Shown piece by piece: positions 22,103 through 32,208 of a stretch of DNA of 57,960 nucleotides (positions are counted from its first letter, which is position 1; the number at the start of each line of letters is the position of its first letter). The stretch lies in the NCBI GenBank assembly GCA_035637435.1, contig DASPXD010000166.1, forward strand, positions 1 to 57,960, given 5' to 3'. The position numbers and the translations under genes were made by a program. This DNA comes from Gemmatimonadales bacterium. Its GTDB lineage: Bacteria; Gemmatimonadota; Gemmatimonadetes; Gemmatimonadales; GWC2-71-9. A model generated the notes under the pieces. The model was not told the origin of the DNA. It worked only from the letters and a program-made list of their open reading frames with translations, and did not search any database.

Positions 22103-23308
22103 TCAGTGGGTGAGGAAGTGGCCGAGCTTGTCCCGCTTGACGTCGAGATAGGCGCGATTCTCGTCGGAGGGCGCGGGCACGATCGGCAACCGCTCGACGA
22201 TCTCGAGCCCATAGCCCTCGAGGCCGATCAGCTTCATCGGATTGTTCGTCAGGACGCGGATGGACGACAGGCCGAGGTCGAGCAGGATCTGCGCGCCGAT
22301 GCCGTAGTTCCGGAGGTCCGGCTTGAATCCCAACTTTTCGTTCGCCTCGACGGTATCGTGCCCCTGATCCTGGAGCTCGTAGGCCTTGAGCTTGTTGAGC
22401 AGCCCGATGCCCCTTCCTTCTTGGTCGAGGTAGACGACGACGCCGGCGCCCTGCTCGGCGATCATCCGCATGGCACTGTGCAGCTGCCAGCCGCAGTCGC
22501 AGCGTGCCGAGCCGAAGACGTCGCCGGTCAGGCACTTGGAGTGCATTCGCACCAGGACCTGCTGCTTCCCCGCCACGTCGCCGTAGACGAGCGCCACGTG
22601 CTCCGCGTCATCCACGTCGTTGCGATAGCCGATGATCCGGAATTCGCCGAACGGCGTGGGCAGCCGCGCGTCGGCGATGCGATGCACGAGCCGCTCGTGC
22701 TTCAGCCGGTAGGCGACGAGCTGCGCGACCGTGATGAACGTCAGGCCGTGCTGCTGCGCGAACCGCTCGAGATCGGGGCGGCGCGCCATCGATCCGTCGG
22801 GATTGAGGATCTCGCAGATGACGCCGGCGGGATACAGGCCGGCCAGCCGTGCCAGATCGATGCTGGCTTCGGTCTGCCCGACGCGCTGTAACACGCCGCC
22901 AGGACGCGCCCGCAGCGGGAAGACATGGCCGGGGCGCCGCAGATCGCTGGGCACCGTCGACGGGTCGATCGCCACGCGGATCGTCGCGGCACGATCGGCC
23001 GCCGAGATCCCGGTCGTGACGCCGAAGCGCGTCGCGGCGTCGATGCTGATCGTGAATGCCGTCTCGTGCGACTCGTTGTTGTGCTCGGTCATCTGCGGCA
23101 GGCCGAGCGCCTGGCACCGCGCCGGCGTGAGCGGCATGCAGATGAGCCCACGGGCGTGCGTCGCCATGAAGTTGACCATCGCGGGCGTCACCTTCTCGGC
23201 CGCGCCGATCAAATCGCCCTCGTTCTCGCGCCGCTCGTCATCAGCCACGATGACGAGCTTGCCGGCGCGGATATCCGCAATCGCCTGTTCTACCGCTTCG
23301 AACGACAT
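22103..23308 (-). CDS. ribBA: Bifunctional 3,4-dihydroxy-2-butanone-4-phosphate synthase / GTP cyclohydrolase II
   Basis: VIVADDERRENEGDLIGAAE (DHBP synthase) and VRMHSKCLTGDVFGSARCDCGWQL...YLDQEGRGIGLLNKLKAY (GCH II). Confidence 0.93.
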   Translation of the reverse strand: MSFEAVEQAIADIRAGKLVIVADDERRENEGDLIGAAEKVTPAMVNFMATHARGLICMPLTPARCQALGLPQMTEHNNESHETAFTISIDAATRFGVTTGISAADRAATIRVAIDPSTVPSDLRRPGHVFPLRARPGGVLQRVGQTEASIDLARLAGLYPAGVICEILNPDGSMARRPDLERFAQQHGLTFITVAQLVAYRLKHERLVHRIADARLPTPFGEFRIIGYRNDVDDAEHVALVYGDVAGKQQVLVRMHSKCLTGDVFGSARCDCGWQLHSAMRMIAEQGAGVVVYLDQEGRGIGLLNKLKAYELQDQGHDTVEANEKLGFKPDLRNYGIGAQILLDLGLSSIRVLTNNPMKLIGLEGYGLEIVERLPIVPAPSDENRAYLDVKRDKLGHFLTH

Positions 23309-23898
23309 AGCTCCCTCACGTATTTTCCCAGCACGTCAGCCTCGACGTGCACTCGATCACCGGATTTGAGCCGCCCCAACGTCGTATGCTCGCGCGTGAA
23401 CGGCACGAGCGACACCTGCACCACGCCGCCGCTGGGCAACGCGTTCACCGTCAGGCTTACCCCGTCCACCGCGATCGCGCCGTGCAGAATCGTCGTTTCG
23501 GCGACTTCGGCCGGCACGCGAACATCGATGAGCAGGGCGTCGTCATGTGACGCCACTCGCTCGACGGTTCCAACGCCGTCCACGTGCCCCTGGACGATAT
23601 GCCCACCCATCAGATCCGCAGCCCGCACCGCGCGCTCCAAATTCACGGGAGCGCCTTTCTGCCATTCTCCGATCAACGTCCGTCCGAGCGTCGTCTGGAT
23701 CGCATGCACTGTGAAGGCGCCCTTCACAACCTTCTCGACGGTCAGGCAGGCGCCATTCACCGCGATGCTCTCGCCCTTCTTCAAGCCACGGTAGGGAGCG
23801 CGGATCCGCAGTACCCGTCCCCCGTCCCCCGTCCCGCTTCCCCCGTTCGAGGAAACGGACTCGATGCGCCCTACTGCGCTTACGATTCCGGTAAACAT
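23290..23898 (-). CDS. ribE: Riboflavin synthase alpha chain
   Basis: MFTGIVSAVGRIES...GESIAVNGACLTV...GGHIVQGHVDGVG...GAIAVDGVSLTV shows the two lumazine-binding repeats. Confidence 0.92.
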   Translation of the reverse strand: MFTGIVSAVGRIESVSSNGGSGTGDGGRVLRIRAPYRGLKKGESIAVNGACLTVEKVVKGAFTVHAIQTTLGRTLIGEWQKGAPVNLERAVRAADLMGGHIVQGHVDGVGTVERVASHDDALLIDVRVPAEVAETTILHGAIAVDGVSLTVNALPSGGVVQVSLVPFTREHTTLGRLKSGDRVHVEADVLGKYVRELCRSKR

Positions 23899-24983
23899 AG
23901 CCGTCGATCCAAGACCAATAATGTATCAGAGCCCAGCGGGCGCCGCTCCACGGCGACCCAGCGCGGCGCGTCGGCGAGCGGAAATGCCGGAACGCCTGGG
24001 AAAGCGGGCACTCCCCCTTCACCGAGCCACACCGGCGCCTGCACCCAGTACAACCGGTCCACGAGCCCCTCGGCGAGGAGCTTCGTGCCGAGGGCGCCGC
24101 CTCCTTCACATAACAACGACTGGATCCCGGCGAGGCGGAGCTGGGCGAACGCCTGTTCCAGCGTCTCGGGCCGGAAGACGCGGACACCGTTCCCTTCGAG
24201 CACGGAGACGTTGGCCGCCGGGGCTTCGGGCGACGACACGACCCAGGTCGGCACTTCGCGCGCCGTCTGCACCAGCGACACGCCCGAGTTCAACATGGCG
24301 CGGCGGTCGAACACGATCCGCACGGGCGGCTTGCGCGGCGTCAGGCCGCGCGCGGTGAGCTGCGGATTGTCGGTGAGGGCGGTCGTGCCCCCGACGGCGA
24401 TGGCGTCGAAGCCCGCGCGCAACCAGTGGACGTGGTCGCGCGCCTCGGGACCCGAGATCCACTGCGAGCGCCCGCCCGCATCGGCGATACGGCCGTCGAT
24501 CGACGTCGCCAGCTTCAGCGCGACGAACGGGCGGTCAGTTTGGAGGCGGGTAAAGAGGAAAGGAGCGTTCTGCGCGGCGGCCTGCTCCGCACACGCCCCG
24601 AGACTGGTTTCGATTCCCGCGCGCTTCAGGACTTCGATGCCGCCGCGCGCCTCGGGATCGGGATCCCGCACGGCCGCGACGACGCGGCGCACACCGGCGG
24701 CGCGGATCGCATCAGTGCAAGGCGGCGTCTTCCCGTGATGCGCGCACGGCTCGAGCGTGACGACCAGCGTCGCGCCACGAGCCTCGTCGCCGGCCGCATG
24801 TAGCGCGGCGAGCTCAGCGTGCGGTCCACCGTATTCGGCGTGCCAGCCCTCCGCGACCGCCTCATCGCCGCGCAACACCACGGCACCCACGAGCGGGTTG
24901 GGGGAGACGCGGCCCCAGCCGCGCCACGCGAGCTCGAGCGCGCGACGCATGGCCGCCAGCTCCCGCTCGTTATCTCTCTTCAA
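23880..24983 (-). CDS. ribD: Bifunctional diaminohydroxyphosphoribosylaminopyrimidine deaminase / 5-amino-6-(5-phosphoribosylamino)uracil reductase
   Basis: NPLVGAVVL...HAELAAL...TLEPCAHHGKTPPCTDAI (CDA zinc motif), followed by the reductase domain ...LLCEGGGALG. Confidence 0.92.
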   Translation of the reverse strand: MKRDNERELAAMRRALELAWRGWGRVSPNPLVGAVVLRGDEAVAEGWHAEYGGPHAELAALHAAGDEARGATLVVTLEPCAHHGKTPPCTDAIRAAGVRRVVAAVRDPDPEARGGIEVLKRAGIETSLGACAEQAAAQNAPFLFTRLQTDRPFVALKLATSIDGRIADAGGRSQWISGPEARDHVHWLRAGFDAIAVGGTTALTDNPQLTARGLTPRKPPVRIVFDRRAMLNSGVSLVQTAREVPTWVVSSPEAPAANVSVLEGNGVRVFRPETLEQAFAQLRLAGIQSLLCEGGGALGTKLLAEGLVDRLYWVQAPVWLGEGGVPAFPGVPAFPLADAPRWVAVERRPLGSDTLLVLDRRLCLPES

Positions 24984-26001
24984 AGCGCACCGCGGGCCCT
25001 CCCCTAATCGCCGGCCGGATCTCGCCGATGACCCACGCCGGCACCTGCACGCGTTCAGCCGCTTGAATCGTCGTCTCGACGTTATCGCGCGCGACGACCG
25101 CGATCATGCCGACTCCCAGATTGAAGACGCGCCGCATCTCATCCCGGCTCACCTGCCCCGCGCGCATCAGCACACGGAACAGCGGCGGCCACGGCCAGCT
25201 GCCGGCATCGACCACGGCATCCGTACCAGCCGGCAGCACGCGCACGAGGTTCCCCGGGATTCCGCCGCCGGTGATATGGGCGAGGGCGTGCACGTCGCCG
25301 AGCACCGGGCGCAGCGCGGCCGCGTAGCTGCGATGCACCGCGAGCAGCACCTGCCCCACCGTTTGCTCCGTCTCCGGGAACGGGGCGTCAACGCGAAGCT
25401 TCATCGATTCGAAGATGATCTTGCGGGCCAGCGTGTAACCGTTGGTGTGCAGTCCTGTCGACCCATATCCGATGAGCTGGTCACCGGCCGTCACGCGATC
25501 GCCATGGAGCGCCTTGTCCTCTTCCACCACGCCGACGATCGAGCCGGCCAGGTCGTAGTGTCCCGGCTGGTAGAGATCCGGCAGCTGCGCCGTCTCTCCT
25601 CCCGCGAGCGTCATGTCGTGTGCCCGGCAGCCGCGTGCCACGCCGGCGACGATCTGGGCGGCGATTTCGGGGACCAGGTTTCCGGTCGCGATGTAATCCA
25701 GGAAGGCGAGCGGCGTGGCGCCGTGCACCAGGATGTCGTTGACCGAGTGATTGACGAGATCTTCGCCGACGGTGTCGTGGATCCCGGCGGCCACGGCGAC
25801 GAGCACCTTGGTCCCCACACCGTCGGTGGACATGACGAGGACAGGCTTCTGGTAACCGTCCGGCACGCGGACCATGCCGCCGAACCCACCGACCTTGCCA
25901 CGCGCGAGCGGTGTCCGCGTGGCGCGCACCAGCTCGGCGATCCGCCGTTTCGCCTCCTCAGCGGTATCGAGCTTGACGCCGGCGGCCGCGTATTTGCTCA
26001 C
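24970..26001 (-). CDS. purM: Phosphoribosylformylglycinamidine cyclo-ligase (AIR synthetase)
   Basis: YAAAGVKLDTAEEAKRRI...STDGVGTKVLVA...VGEDLVNHSVNDILVHGATPLAFLDY. Confidence 0.93.
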   Translation of the reverse strand: MSKYAAAGVKLDTAEEAKRRIAELVRATRTPLARGKVGGFGGMVRVPDGYQKPVLVMSTDGVGTKVLVAVAAGIHDTVGEDLVNHSVNDILVHGATPLAFLDYIATGNLVPEIAAQIVAGVARGCRAHDMTLAGGETAQLPDLYQPGHYDLAGSIVGVVEEDKALHGDRVTAGDQLIGYGSTGLHTNGYTLARKIIFESMKLRVDAPFPETEQTVGQVLLAVHRSYAAALRPVLGDVHALAHITGGGIPGNLVRVLPAGTDAVVDAGSWPWPPLFRVLMRAGQVSRDEMRRVFNLGVGMIAVVARDNVETTIQAAERVQVPAWVIGEIRPAIRGGPAVRFEER

Positions 26002-26915
26002 TCCTCACCATCCAGGGAAAAGTGCACCAGGTCACGGAAGGCTTTCACGCGGCCGCGCACCTCCTGCAGCGTGATGTTCTCCAGGCGCTGGACGCCGAAC
26101 GCTTCCACGGCGAGCGACCCCATCGCCGATCCGTAGACCATCGCGCGACGCAGGTTGGGGAACGTGAGGTCGCCCGTCCGCGCCACGTGCGCCATGAACC
26201 CGCCCGCGAACGCGTCGCCCGCTCCCGTCGGATCGAAGACTTGCTGCAGCGGGTAGGCCGGCACCTTGAACGTCGTGTCGGGGTCCACGAGCAGTGCGCC
26301 ATGCTCTCCCTGCTTGATTACCACCATCTTCGGCCCGCGGCCGAGGATCCAGTGCGCGGCGCGATAGACGTTCCAGTCGCCCGAGAGCTCGCGCGCCTCG
26401 GAGTCGTTCACCATCAGGATATCGATGTGGCGCAGCAGCTCCAGCAGGAGGTCCTTCTTGCCCTGAATCCAGTAGTTCATCGTGTCGCAGGCCACGAGCT
26501 GCGGCTGTTTCACCTGATCGAGCACGTTGAGCTGCAGCTCGGGGTCGATGTTCCCCAGGAACACGAACTTCGCGTCCCGGAACTTGTCCGGAATCCGCGG
26601 CTGAAATGAGGCGAAGACGCCGAGCCGCGTCTCCAGCGTTTCGCGCGAGTTGAGATCGTAGGAATAGCGGGCCTTCCAGCGGAACGACTCGCCCTGTTGC
26701 CGCTCGACGCCCGCCAGGTCCACCCCGCGAGCCGCCAGCTTCTTCAAATGCGCTTCCGGGAAGTCGCTGCCGACGACGCCGACGACCTGGACCGGATGGA
26801 GCACGGCGCCGGCCATCGCGAAAAACACCGCTGCCCCGCCGAGTGCGTCGGCGGTCTCGCCGAAGGGAGTGATGACGGAATCGAGGGCAATCGAGCCGAC
26901 GACGAGTAAACCCAC
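25998..26915 (-). CDS. PfkB-family carbohydrate/nucleoside kinase
   Basis: LLVVGSIALDSVITPFGE...GGAAVFFAMAG...DPTGAGDAFAGGF is the PfkB signature 2. The start is set at GTG 26915, 1 nt after the argS stop. Confidence 0.82.
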   Translation of the reverse strand: MGLLVVGSIALDSVITPFGETADALGGAAVFFAMAGAVLHPVQVVGVVGSDFPEAHLKKLAARGVDLAGVERQQGESFRWKARYSYDLNSRETLETRLGVFASFQPRIPDKFRDAKFVFLGNIDPELQLNVLDQVKQPQLVACDTMNYWIQGKKDLLLELLRHIDILMVNDSEARELSGDWNVYRAAHWILGRGPKMVVIKQGEHGALLVDPDTTFKVPAYPLQQVFDPTGAGDAFAGGFMAHVARTGDLTFPNLRRAMVYGSAMGSLAVEAFGVQRLENITLQEVRGRVKAFRDLVHFSLDGEE

Positions 26916-26916
26916 G

Positions 26917-28560
26917 CTACATCCGTTCCGGGGCGCGAATCCCCAAGAGGGTGAGGCCGTTCGCCAACACCTGCTTGACGGCACGCGCGAGCACCAGCCG
27001 GGCGGCCTCCTCCGGCTCGCCCAGCACGCGGTACTTGTGATACCATGCGTGCGCGATCCGGGCCAGCCCCTCGAGATATCCCGTGATGCGGTGCGGCTCG
27101 CGCGCCGCGGCGGCGCCCGCCACCATCGCGGGAAAGTCCGCCAGCTCCTTGATGAGATCAGCTTCCTCGGGCTGCGTGAGGACGCTGAGGTCCGTCCCCT
27201 CTGACCGCACGCCGGCCGGGTCCCGCCCCGCGACGCGGAAGATCCCGATCATGCGTGCATGCGCCATCTGCACGTAGAACACCGGATTCTCGTCCGTCTG
27301 GCTCTTGGCGAGATCGACGTCGAACACGAAATGCGTCTCGCCGCGGCGCATAAGATAGAAGTAGCGCACGGCATCGCGCCCGACCTCTTCGACCAGGTCG
27401 CGGACCGTCATGTAGCTGCCGGCGCGCTTCGAGAGCTTCACCTCTTCCCCGCCGCGCATCACCGTCACCATCTGATGGAGCACGTACTCCGGATATCCCT
27501 GCGGGATACCCATCTCGAGCGCCTGGAGGCCGATCCGCACGCGCGCGACGGTACCATGATGGTCGGAACCTTGCACGTTGATGGCGTGACGGAATCCGCG
27601 GTCCCACTTCGTCACGTGATAGGCGACGTCGGGCAGGAAGTAGGTGTAGTCGCTCCCCTTCTCCGCACTCTTGCGCATCACGCGGTCCTTGTCGTCGCCG
27701 AAATCAGTGGTCCGGAGCCAGAGCGCGCCGTCCTGCTCGTAGGTGTGGCCCGCGGCGACCAGCCGCCGCATCGTCTCGTCCACTTTGCCGCTCGTGTAGA
27801 GCGACGACTCGAGGAAATAGACGTCGAACTTCACGCCGAATGCCTGAAGATCGCGGTCCTGCTCGGCGCGCAGCTCCTGGACGGCAAAGCGACGCACGGC
27901 GTCGAGATCCGCCGCGTCGCGATCCCGCGGGTTCGCGGCGACATAGCGCTCGGCGATCTCGCGGATGTACTCGCCCTGATAGCCCTGCTCGGGGATCTCG
28001 GCGGGGAAACCGCGCGCCTGGCGCACGCGGGCCTGCACGCTGCGCGCCAGGTTCATGATCTGGCCGCCGGCGTCGTTGTAGTAGAACTCGCGGCTGACCT
28101 TCCACCCGGTCCACTCGAGCAGCGCCGCGATGGCGTCGCCCAGGGCCGCCTGCCGGCCATGGCCGACGTGCAGGGGGCCGGTCGGGTTCGCGGATACGAA
28201 CTCGACGTTGATCGGCGCGCCATGTCCGACGTCGCTCTTTCCATAATCACCACCCGCCGCCAGGATCTTGGGGAGTGCGCTGACAACCTGCGCGTCGGCC
28301 AGAAAGAAGTTGATGAAGCCGGGCCCCGCGATCTCCGTCTTGCGCACCAGACCGGACGGCAGCTCGAGCCCGGCGACCAGGCGCTCCGCGACGGCGCGCG
28401 GCTTCTGGCCGAGCGTCTTGGCGAGCGTCAATGCCAGGTTGGTGGCGACGTCGCCGTGCGTCGGATCGCGCGGGCGCTCGAGCGCGACCTCGACATCGGA
28501 CGCGCCCAGTCGTGACGCCGCTTGCGCCAGCGCCGTACGGATCGTCTCGTGAGCCGTCAC
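26917..28560 (-). CDS. argS: Arginine--tRNA ligase
   Basis: VEFVSANPTGPLHVGHGRQAALGD (HIGH region), ...KLSKRAGSYMTVRDL (KMSK-like), and the C-terminal anticodon-binding DALR domain. The GTG start forms a GTGA overlap with the upstream stop. Confidence 0.93.
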   Translation of the reverse strand: MTAHETIRTALAQAASRLGASDVEVALERPRDPTHGDVATNLALTLAKTLGQKPRAVAERLVAGLELPSGLVRKTEIAGPGFINFFLADAQVVSALPKILAAGGDYGKSDVGHGAPINVEFVSANPTGPLHVGHGRQAALGDAIAALLEWTGWKVSREFYYNDAGGQIMNLARSVQARVRQARGFPAEIPEQGYQGEYIREIAERYVAANPRDRDAADLDAVRRFAVQELRAEQDRDLQAFGVKFDVYFLESSLYTSGKVDETMRRLVAAGHTYEQDGALWLRTTDFGDDKDRVMRKSAEKGSDYTYFLPDVAYHVTKWDRGFRHAINVQGSDHHGTVARVRIGLQALEMGIPQGYPEYVLHQMVTVMRGGEEVKLSKRAGSYMTVRDLVEEVGRDAVRYFYLMRRGETHFVFDVDLAKSQTDENPVFYVQMAHARMIGIFRVAGRDPAGVRSEGTDLSVLTQPEEADLIKELADFPAMVAGAAAAREPHRITGYLEGLARIAHAWYHKYRVLGEPEEAARLVLARAVKQVLANGLTLLGIRAPERM

Positions 28561-28853
28561 TTGTCGGAGCTGGTGTCTTTCTTCTTCGGCTGCGGCTCAG
28601 CGGGCTTCTCGGTCTTCGCCGTCTTTTCGGCTTGCGCCGCCGTATTGTCCGCCTTTTCCGTTGTGCCCGCAGGCCGTTTGTAGTCGGTCGCGTAGAACCC
28701 GGAGCCCTTAAAATGGACGCCGGCGCCGCCCGAGATCAGCCGCTCCGCGCGCTCGCCGCACACCGGGCACTTCGCGTGGCGCCTACTCGTGATGCGGGGG
28801 AACGTTTTCTCGAACAGGTGCCCGTTCGGGCACTTGTACTCGTAGGTCGGCAT
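28557..28853 (-). CDS. FmdB-family zinc-ribbon protein
   Basis: MPTYEYKCPNGHLFEKTF...AKCPVCGERAERLIS is the CxxC...CxxC zinc-ribbon motif of the FmdB/CxxC_CxxC_SSSS family. A Lys/Ala-rich tail follows. Confidence 0.8.
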   Translation of the reverse strand: MPTYEYKCPNGHLFEKTFPRITSRRHAKCPVCGERAERLISGGAGVHFKGSGFYATDYKRPAGTTEKADNTAAQAEKTAKTEKPAEPQPKKKDTSSDK

Positions 28854-28860
28854 CTTGAGA

Positions 28861-29088
28861 TCAGTCCGGCTTCGACTTGCGCACGAACTGCAGCGCGCCG
28901 GACGGGCACCTCATCACCTGCGCCGCGACGACGTCGCCCGACTGTAGCTCCGGCCGGATCCACCGCTTGCGCTTGATGTCGAACACGTCGGGCAAACCCA
29001 TGACGCACACGCCCGAATGGATGCACACATCGGGATCGAAGGTGACGATGATGTCGTCGGACTCGTAGCTTTGGCGGCGCTTGGCCAT
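28861..29088 (-). CDS. Divergent 4Fe-4S mono-cluster (Fer4_19/DUF1271-like) protein
   Basis: IIVTFDPDVCIHSGVCVMGLPDVFDIKRKRWIRPE...VMRCPSGALQF has the Cys pattern C-x4-C ... CPSGAL characteristic of this family. Confidence 0.7.
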   Translation of the reverse strand: MAKRRQSYESDDIIVTFDPDVCIHSGVCVMGLPDVFDIKRKRWIRPELQSGDVVAAQVMRCPSGALQFVRKSKPD

Positions 29089-29167
29089 GACTCGAAACTA
29101 ACCGGGTTTGGTAGCCGGTGCTAATTTCGGGCCCCAGGAATGGCCGCGGGCCCGGTGTTGCCGATTC

Positions 29168-29371
29168 TCAACGCGGAGGCGTGGGTGCTGACGGTGGAGG
29201 CTGCGCCGCGCCCTGTTTGGCCCGATTGATTCGAATGATGCCGCGGATGATGAAGAACACGCCGAGGGCGTCGAACAGGATGCTCAGGATCGTGAAATCG
29301 CCACGGAATACTGAATCGCCCCGCACTAACCCGATCGCAATGAGCACTGCGCCCCAGAAGATGTCCCGCAC
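29168..29371 (-). CDS. Small two-TM membrane protein, function unknown
   Basis: MRDIFWGAVLIAIGLV...FTILSILFDALGVFFIIRGIIRI has two hydrophobic helices and a Pro-rich tail. No family was recognised. Confidence 0.5.
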   Translation of the reverse strand: MRDIFWGAVLIAIGLVRGDSVFRGDFTILSILFDALGVFFIIRGIIRINRAKQGAAQPPPSAPTPPR

Positions 29372-29428
29372 GATCGCCTCCCTGGTTGGCTCGTATGACC
29401 TGGTGTGTGCGCGACACCAATGTAGCGC

Positions 29429-29821
29429 CTAGCCCTCGCTTCGCGTGAGCCGCAGCTCGGCCCACGCGACTTCGCGGGCTTCAATGACCGTCCGGACCTG
29501 GCGTTCGCGCGCGGTGAGGGCCGCGCCGCCGGTCTTCACCTCCAGGAACACGACCCGCCGCAGCTCACCCGCGGCGAGCCCGTCGAAGACGACGAGATCG
29601 ACCGGGCTGCCAAGAAACCGCGCATCCTTGGGATTGAAGCCGAATTCGGGGAGATACGGCACCAGCTGTTCGTGCACCTTGCCGGCGGTGACCGCCAGGC
29701 TGCGTTGCACGGCGTTCTCGCGAATCGCCGCGCTATAGCGCGCCTTCCACACCAGGAAATAGAGCCAGGCGATCACGATGCCGATGGCGATGCCGAGCAA
29801 CAGGTCGAGCCGGCTGGTCAC
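29429..29821 (-). CDS. Membrane-anchored PD-(D/E)xK nuclease, archaeal Holliday-junction-resolvase-related (Endonuc_Holl-like)
   Basis: N-terminal TM LDLLLGIAIGIVIAWLYFLVW. The nuclease motif follows: ...FLGSPVDLVVFDG...RVVFLEVKTGGAALTARERQVR, i.e. PVD...(E)VK. Confidence 0.65.
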   Translation of the reverse strand: MTSRLDLLLGIAIGIVIAWLYFLVWKARYSAAIRENAVQRSLAVTAGKVHEQLVPYLPEFGFNPKDARFLGSPVDLVVFDGLAAGELRRVVFLEVKTGGAALTARERQVRTVIEAREVAWAELRLTRSEG

Positions 29822-29833
29822 GATGACTCCTCT

Positions 29834-30253
29834 TCATGCCTGTACCCGCTTCCGCGGCAGCCAGTGTTGCACTGGCGGGGCAAAGCTCGCCAGAGCGAGG
29901 ACGCCGGCCAACACAATAACGGCATCGTAGCTGGCGCGTTGCCAGTAGTCGCCACCCAGATGCAGCCACAGGCCGAATTCGTCAAACGTGAGTCCGAGTC
30001 CGATGCCATAAGTCACGGCCGCGCCGGGGGCAGGCGCCGCCGGCCGGGGGTCAAACAGGAGGTACGCCCCCACGCCGGCAAGCAGGAAGATGCCGTAATT
30101 GAGATGATGGACGTGGGTGCCGTACACATGCAAGTAAAAGCCCGCCATGCGGCGGGCACGCATCAGATAACTGACGACTCGAGCGGCGACGAAAGTCAGC
30201 AGGAAGCTGAGCAGCGCGAGCCGTGCCAGCGGGCGGGTATTTGTCGGGAGCAT
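29834..30253 (-). CDS. Integral membrane protein (about 4 TM), function unknown
   Basis: LARLALLSFLLTFVAARVV...HVHHLNYGIFLLAGVGAYLLF...YGIGLGLTFDEFGLWLHL...AVIVLAGVLALASF. Confidence 0.55.
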   Translation of the reverse strand: MLPTNTRPLARLALLSFLLTFVAARVVSYLMRARRMAGFYLHVYGTHVHHLNYGIFLLAGVGAYLLFDPRPAAPAPGAAVTYGIGLGLTFDEFGLWLHLGGDYWQRASYDAVIVLAGVLALASFAPPVQHWLPRKRVQA

Positions 30254-30273
30254 ACGCTCCCTGTAGACCCTGG

Positions 30274-30891
30274 CTACCGCCTGTGCGTCAACCGGCCGGC
30301 CACGTAGCCTAGACCTGCGCCTAACGCGGCACCCACTGCGGCACCCCCCGCGGTCAAGCCCGTACAGCTGCGGTTCTGCGCCGGTTCAATCGGGACCGGT
30401 TGGGTCTTGCACGCCTCGTGCAGCGCCCAGCCTCCAGCGACCCCGAAGAAGACGGCCCCGATCACCGCTCCGGCCATCCGGTAATCGTCCGGTTGAGCAC
30501 GCTGCGTCGGGAGAACGCCGAGGGACTGAGCGCGCGTGGCCCCCCTGGGCTGGTTGCGGCCAATCAGGTACCCGGCGACACCGCCTACGCCGGCTGCGAT
30601 GAGTCCAGCCCGCCTTGTGGCGCCACCGCAGCGATTCAGGATGATGTCGCCCTGCGTATCGTTGCAGGTGGTCGCCGTATAGCCTGCGAACAGGACACCG
30701 AGCGCGAACGCACCGAAAACGGCTCCGTCGACTCGGTAATCGTTGAACCGGGGCGCTCCGCTGTCGGTCGGGCTCTCCCAACGATGCTCGAAACGAGCCC
30801 ATTCACTAGTCTCGAGGTATTGTGCTGCTGCGAGAGCCGGGAGGGTCAATCCAGCCATTATGACGACTGAACCAACAGCAACCAAACGCAT
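30274..30891 (-). CDS. Secreted glycine-zipper repeat protein, function unknown
   Basis: Signal MRLVAVGSVVIMAGLTLPALAAAQ, then three Gly-zipper-like segments (GAVFGAFALGVLFAG; AAGVGGVAGYLIG; GAVIGAVFFGVAGG; AAVGAALGAGLGYVAG). Confidence 0.6.
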   Translation of the reverse strand: MRLVAVGSVVIMAGLTLPALAAAQYLETSEWARFEHRWESPTDSGAPRFNDYRVDGAVFGAFALGVLFAGYTATTCNDTQGDIILNRCGGATRRAGLIAAGVGGVAGYLIGRNQPRGATRAQSLGVLPTQRAQPDDYRMAGAVIGAVFFGVAGGWALHEACKTQPVPIEPAQNRSCTGLTAGGAAVGAALGAGLGYVAGRLTHRR

Positions 30892-30900
30892 AAGATGGCC

Positions 30901-31316
30901 TCAGACCGGAGATAGCTCTTGTACCGTTGTTTCGGCCGGGAGGGTCCGCCGCCGTCGGGTCAGGACTCGCACGAGGAAGGCATACAGCAGCACCACTGGC
31001 AGGAACAGAACGAGGCGCTGCGAATCCACCGGCTTCAGCCCGCGCAACATGATCAACACGATGATCGCGTAGAAGAGAAGCGTCTGAATCAGCCAGCGCC
31101 GCGCCAGGAAAAACCGCAGCACCTTGAGGATCCAGGCGCCGCCCAGGCCGCTCAGCGCGCCCATGAGCACGACACGCAGGCTGCCGCCGAATGTGAACGA
31201 CGGGGGCGCACCCGAGAGGACCGCGATCCCCCGCATCGCCAGCCGCCCACCGATCCCCAGCACCACCGCTCCGACGCCGGCCCCGATCAGCGAGTACCGG
31301 AGCCAGTCCCGCCAAT

Positions 31317-31329
<13 letters not shown>
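30901..31329 (-). CDS. Integral membrane protein (about 4 TM), function unknown
   Basis: MLRLNWRDWLRYSLIGAGVGAVVLGIGG...VVLMGALSGLGGAWIL...LLFYAIIVLIML...LVLFLPVVLLYAFLV. The start is trimmed to ATG 31329. The ORF-track N-terminal 138 aa are Arg/His-rich and overlap the upstream gene. Confidence 0.6.
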
Positions 31330-32171
<842 letters not shown>

Positions 32172-32208
32172 GGCAGCACCTTCCAACCTTCCAACCTTCC
32201 CACCCATT

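Noticed and set aside
24984-25060. Expected FMN riboswitch upstream of ribD. A SAM/SAH riboswitch upstream of metK-ahcY (near 14444-14455) was also expected.
   Set aside because: ribD overlaps the purM stop, and metK is only 12 nt from the ptsI stop. There is no room for a leader, and no conserved riboswitch cores were seen.
30301-30330. GCGCCTAACGCGGC motif inside the glycine-zipper gene, and a CCGCTAGGCTAGCGG near-palindrome at 35311-35325, both considered as further attC boxes.
   Set aside because: These are isolated boxes without a complementary partner at attC distance. One lies inside a coding sequence, and the surrounding genes are tightly packed housekeeping-type units.
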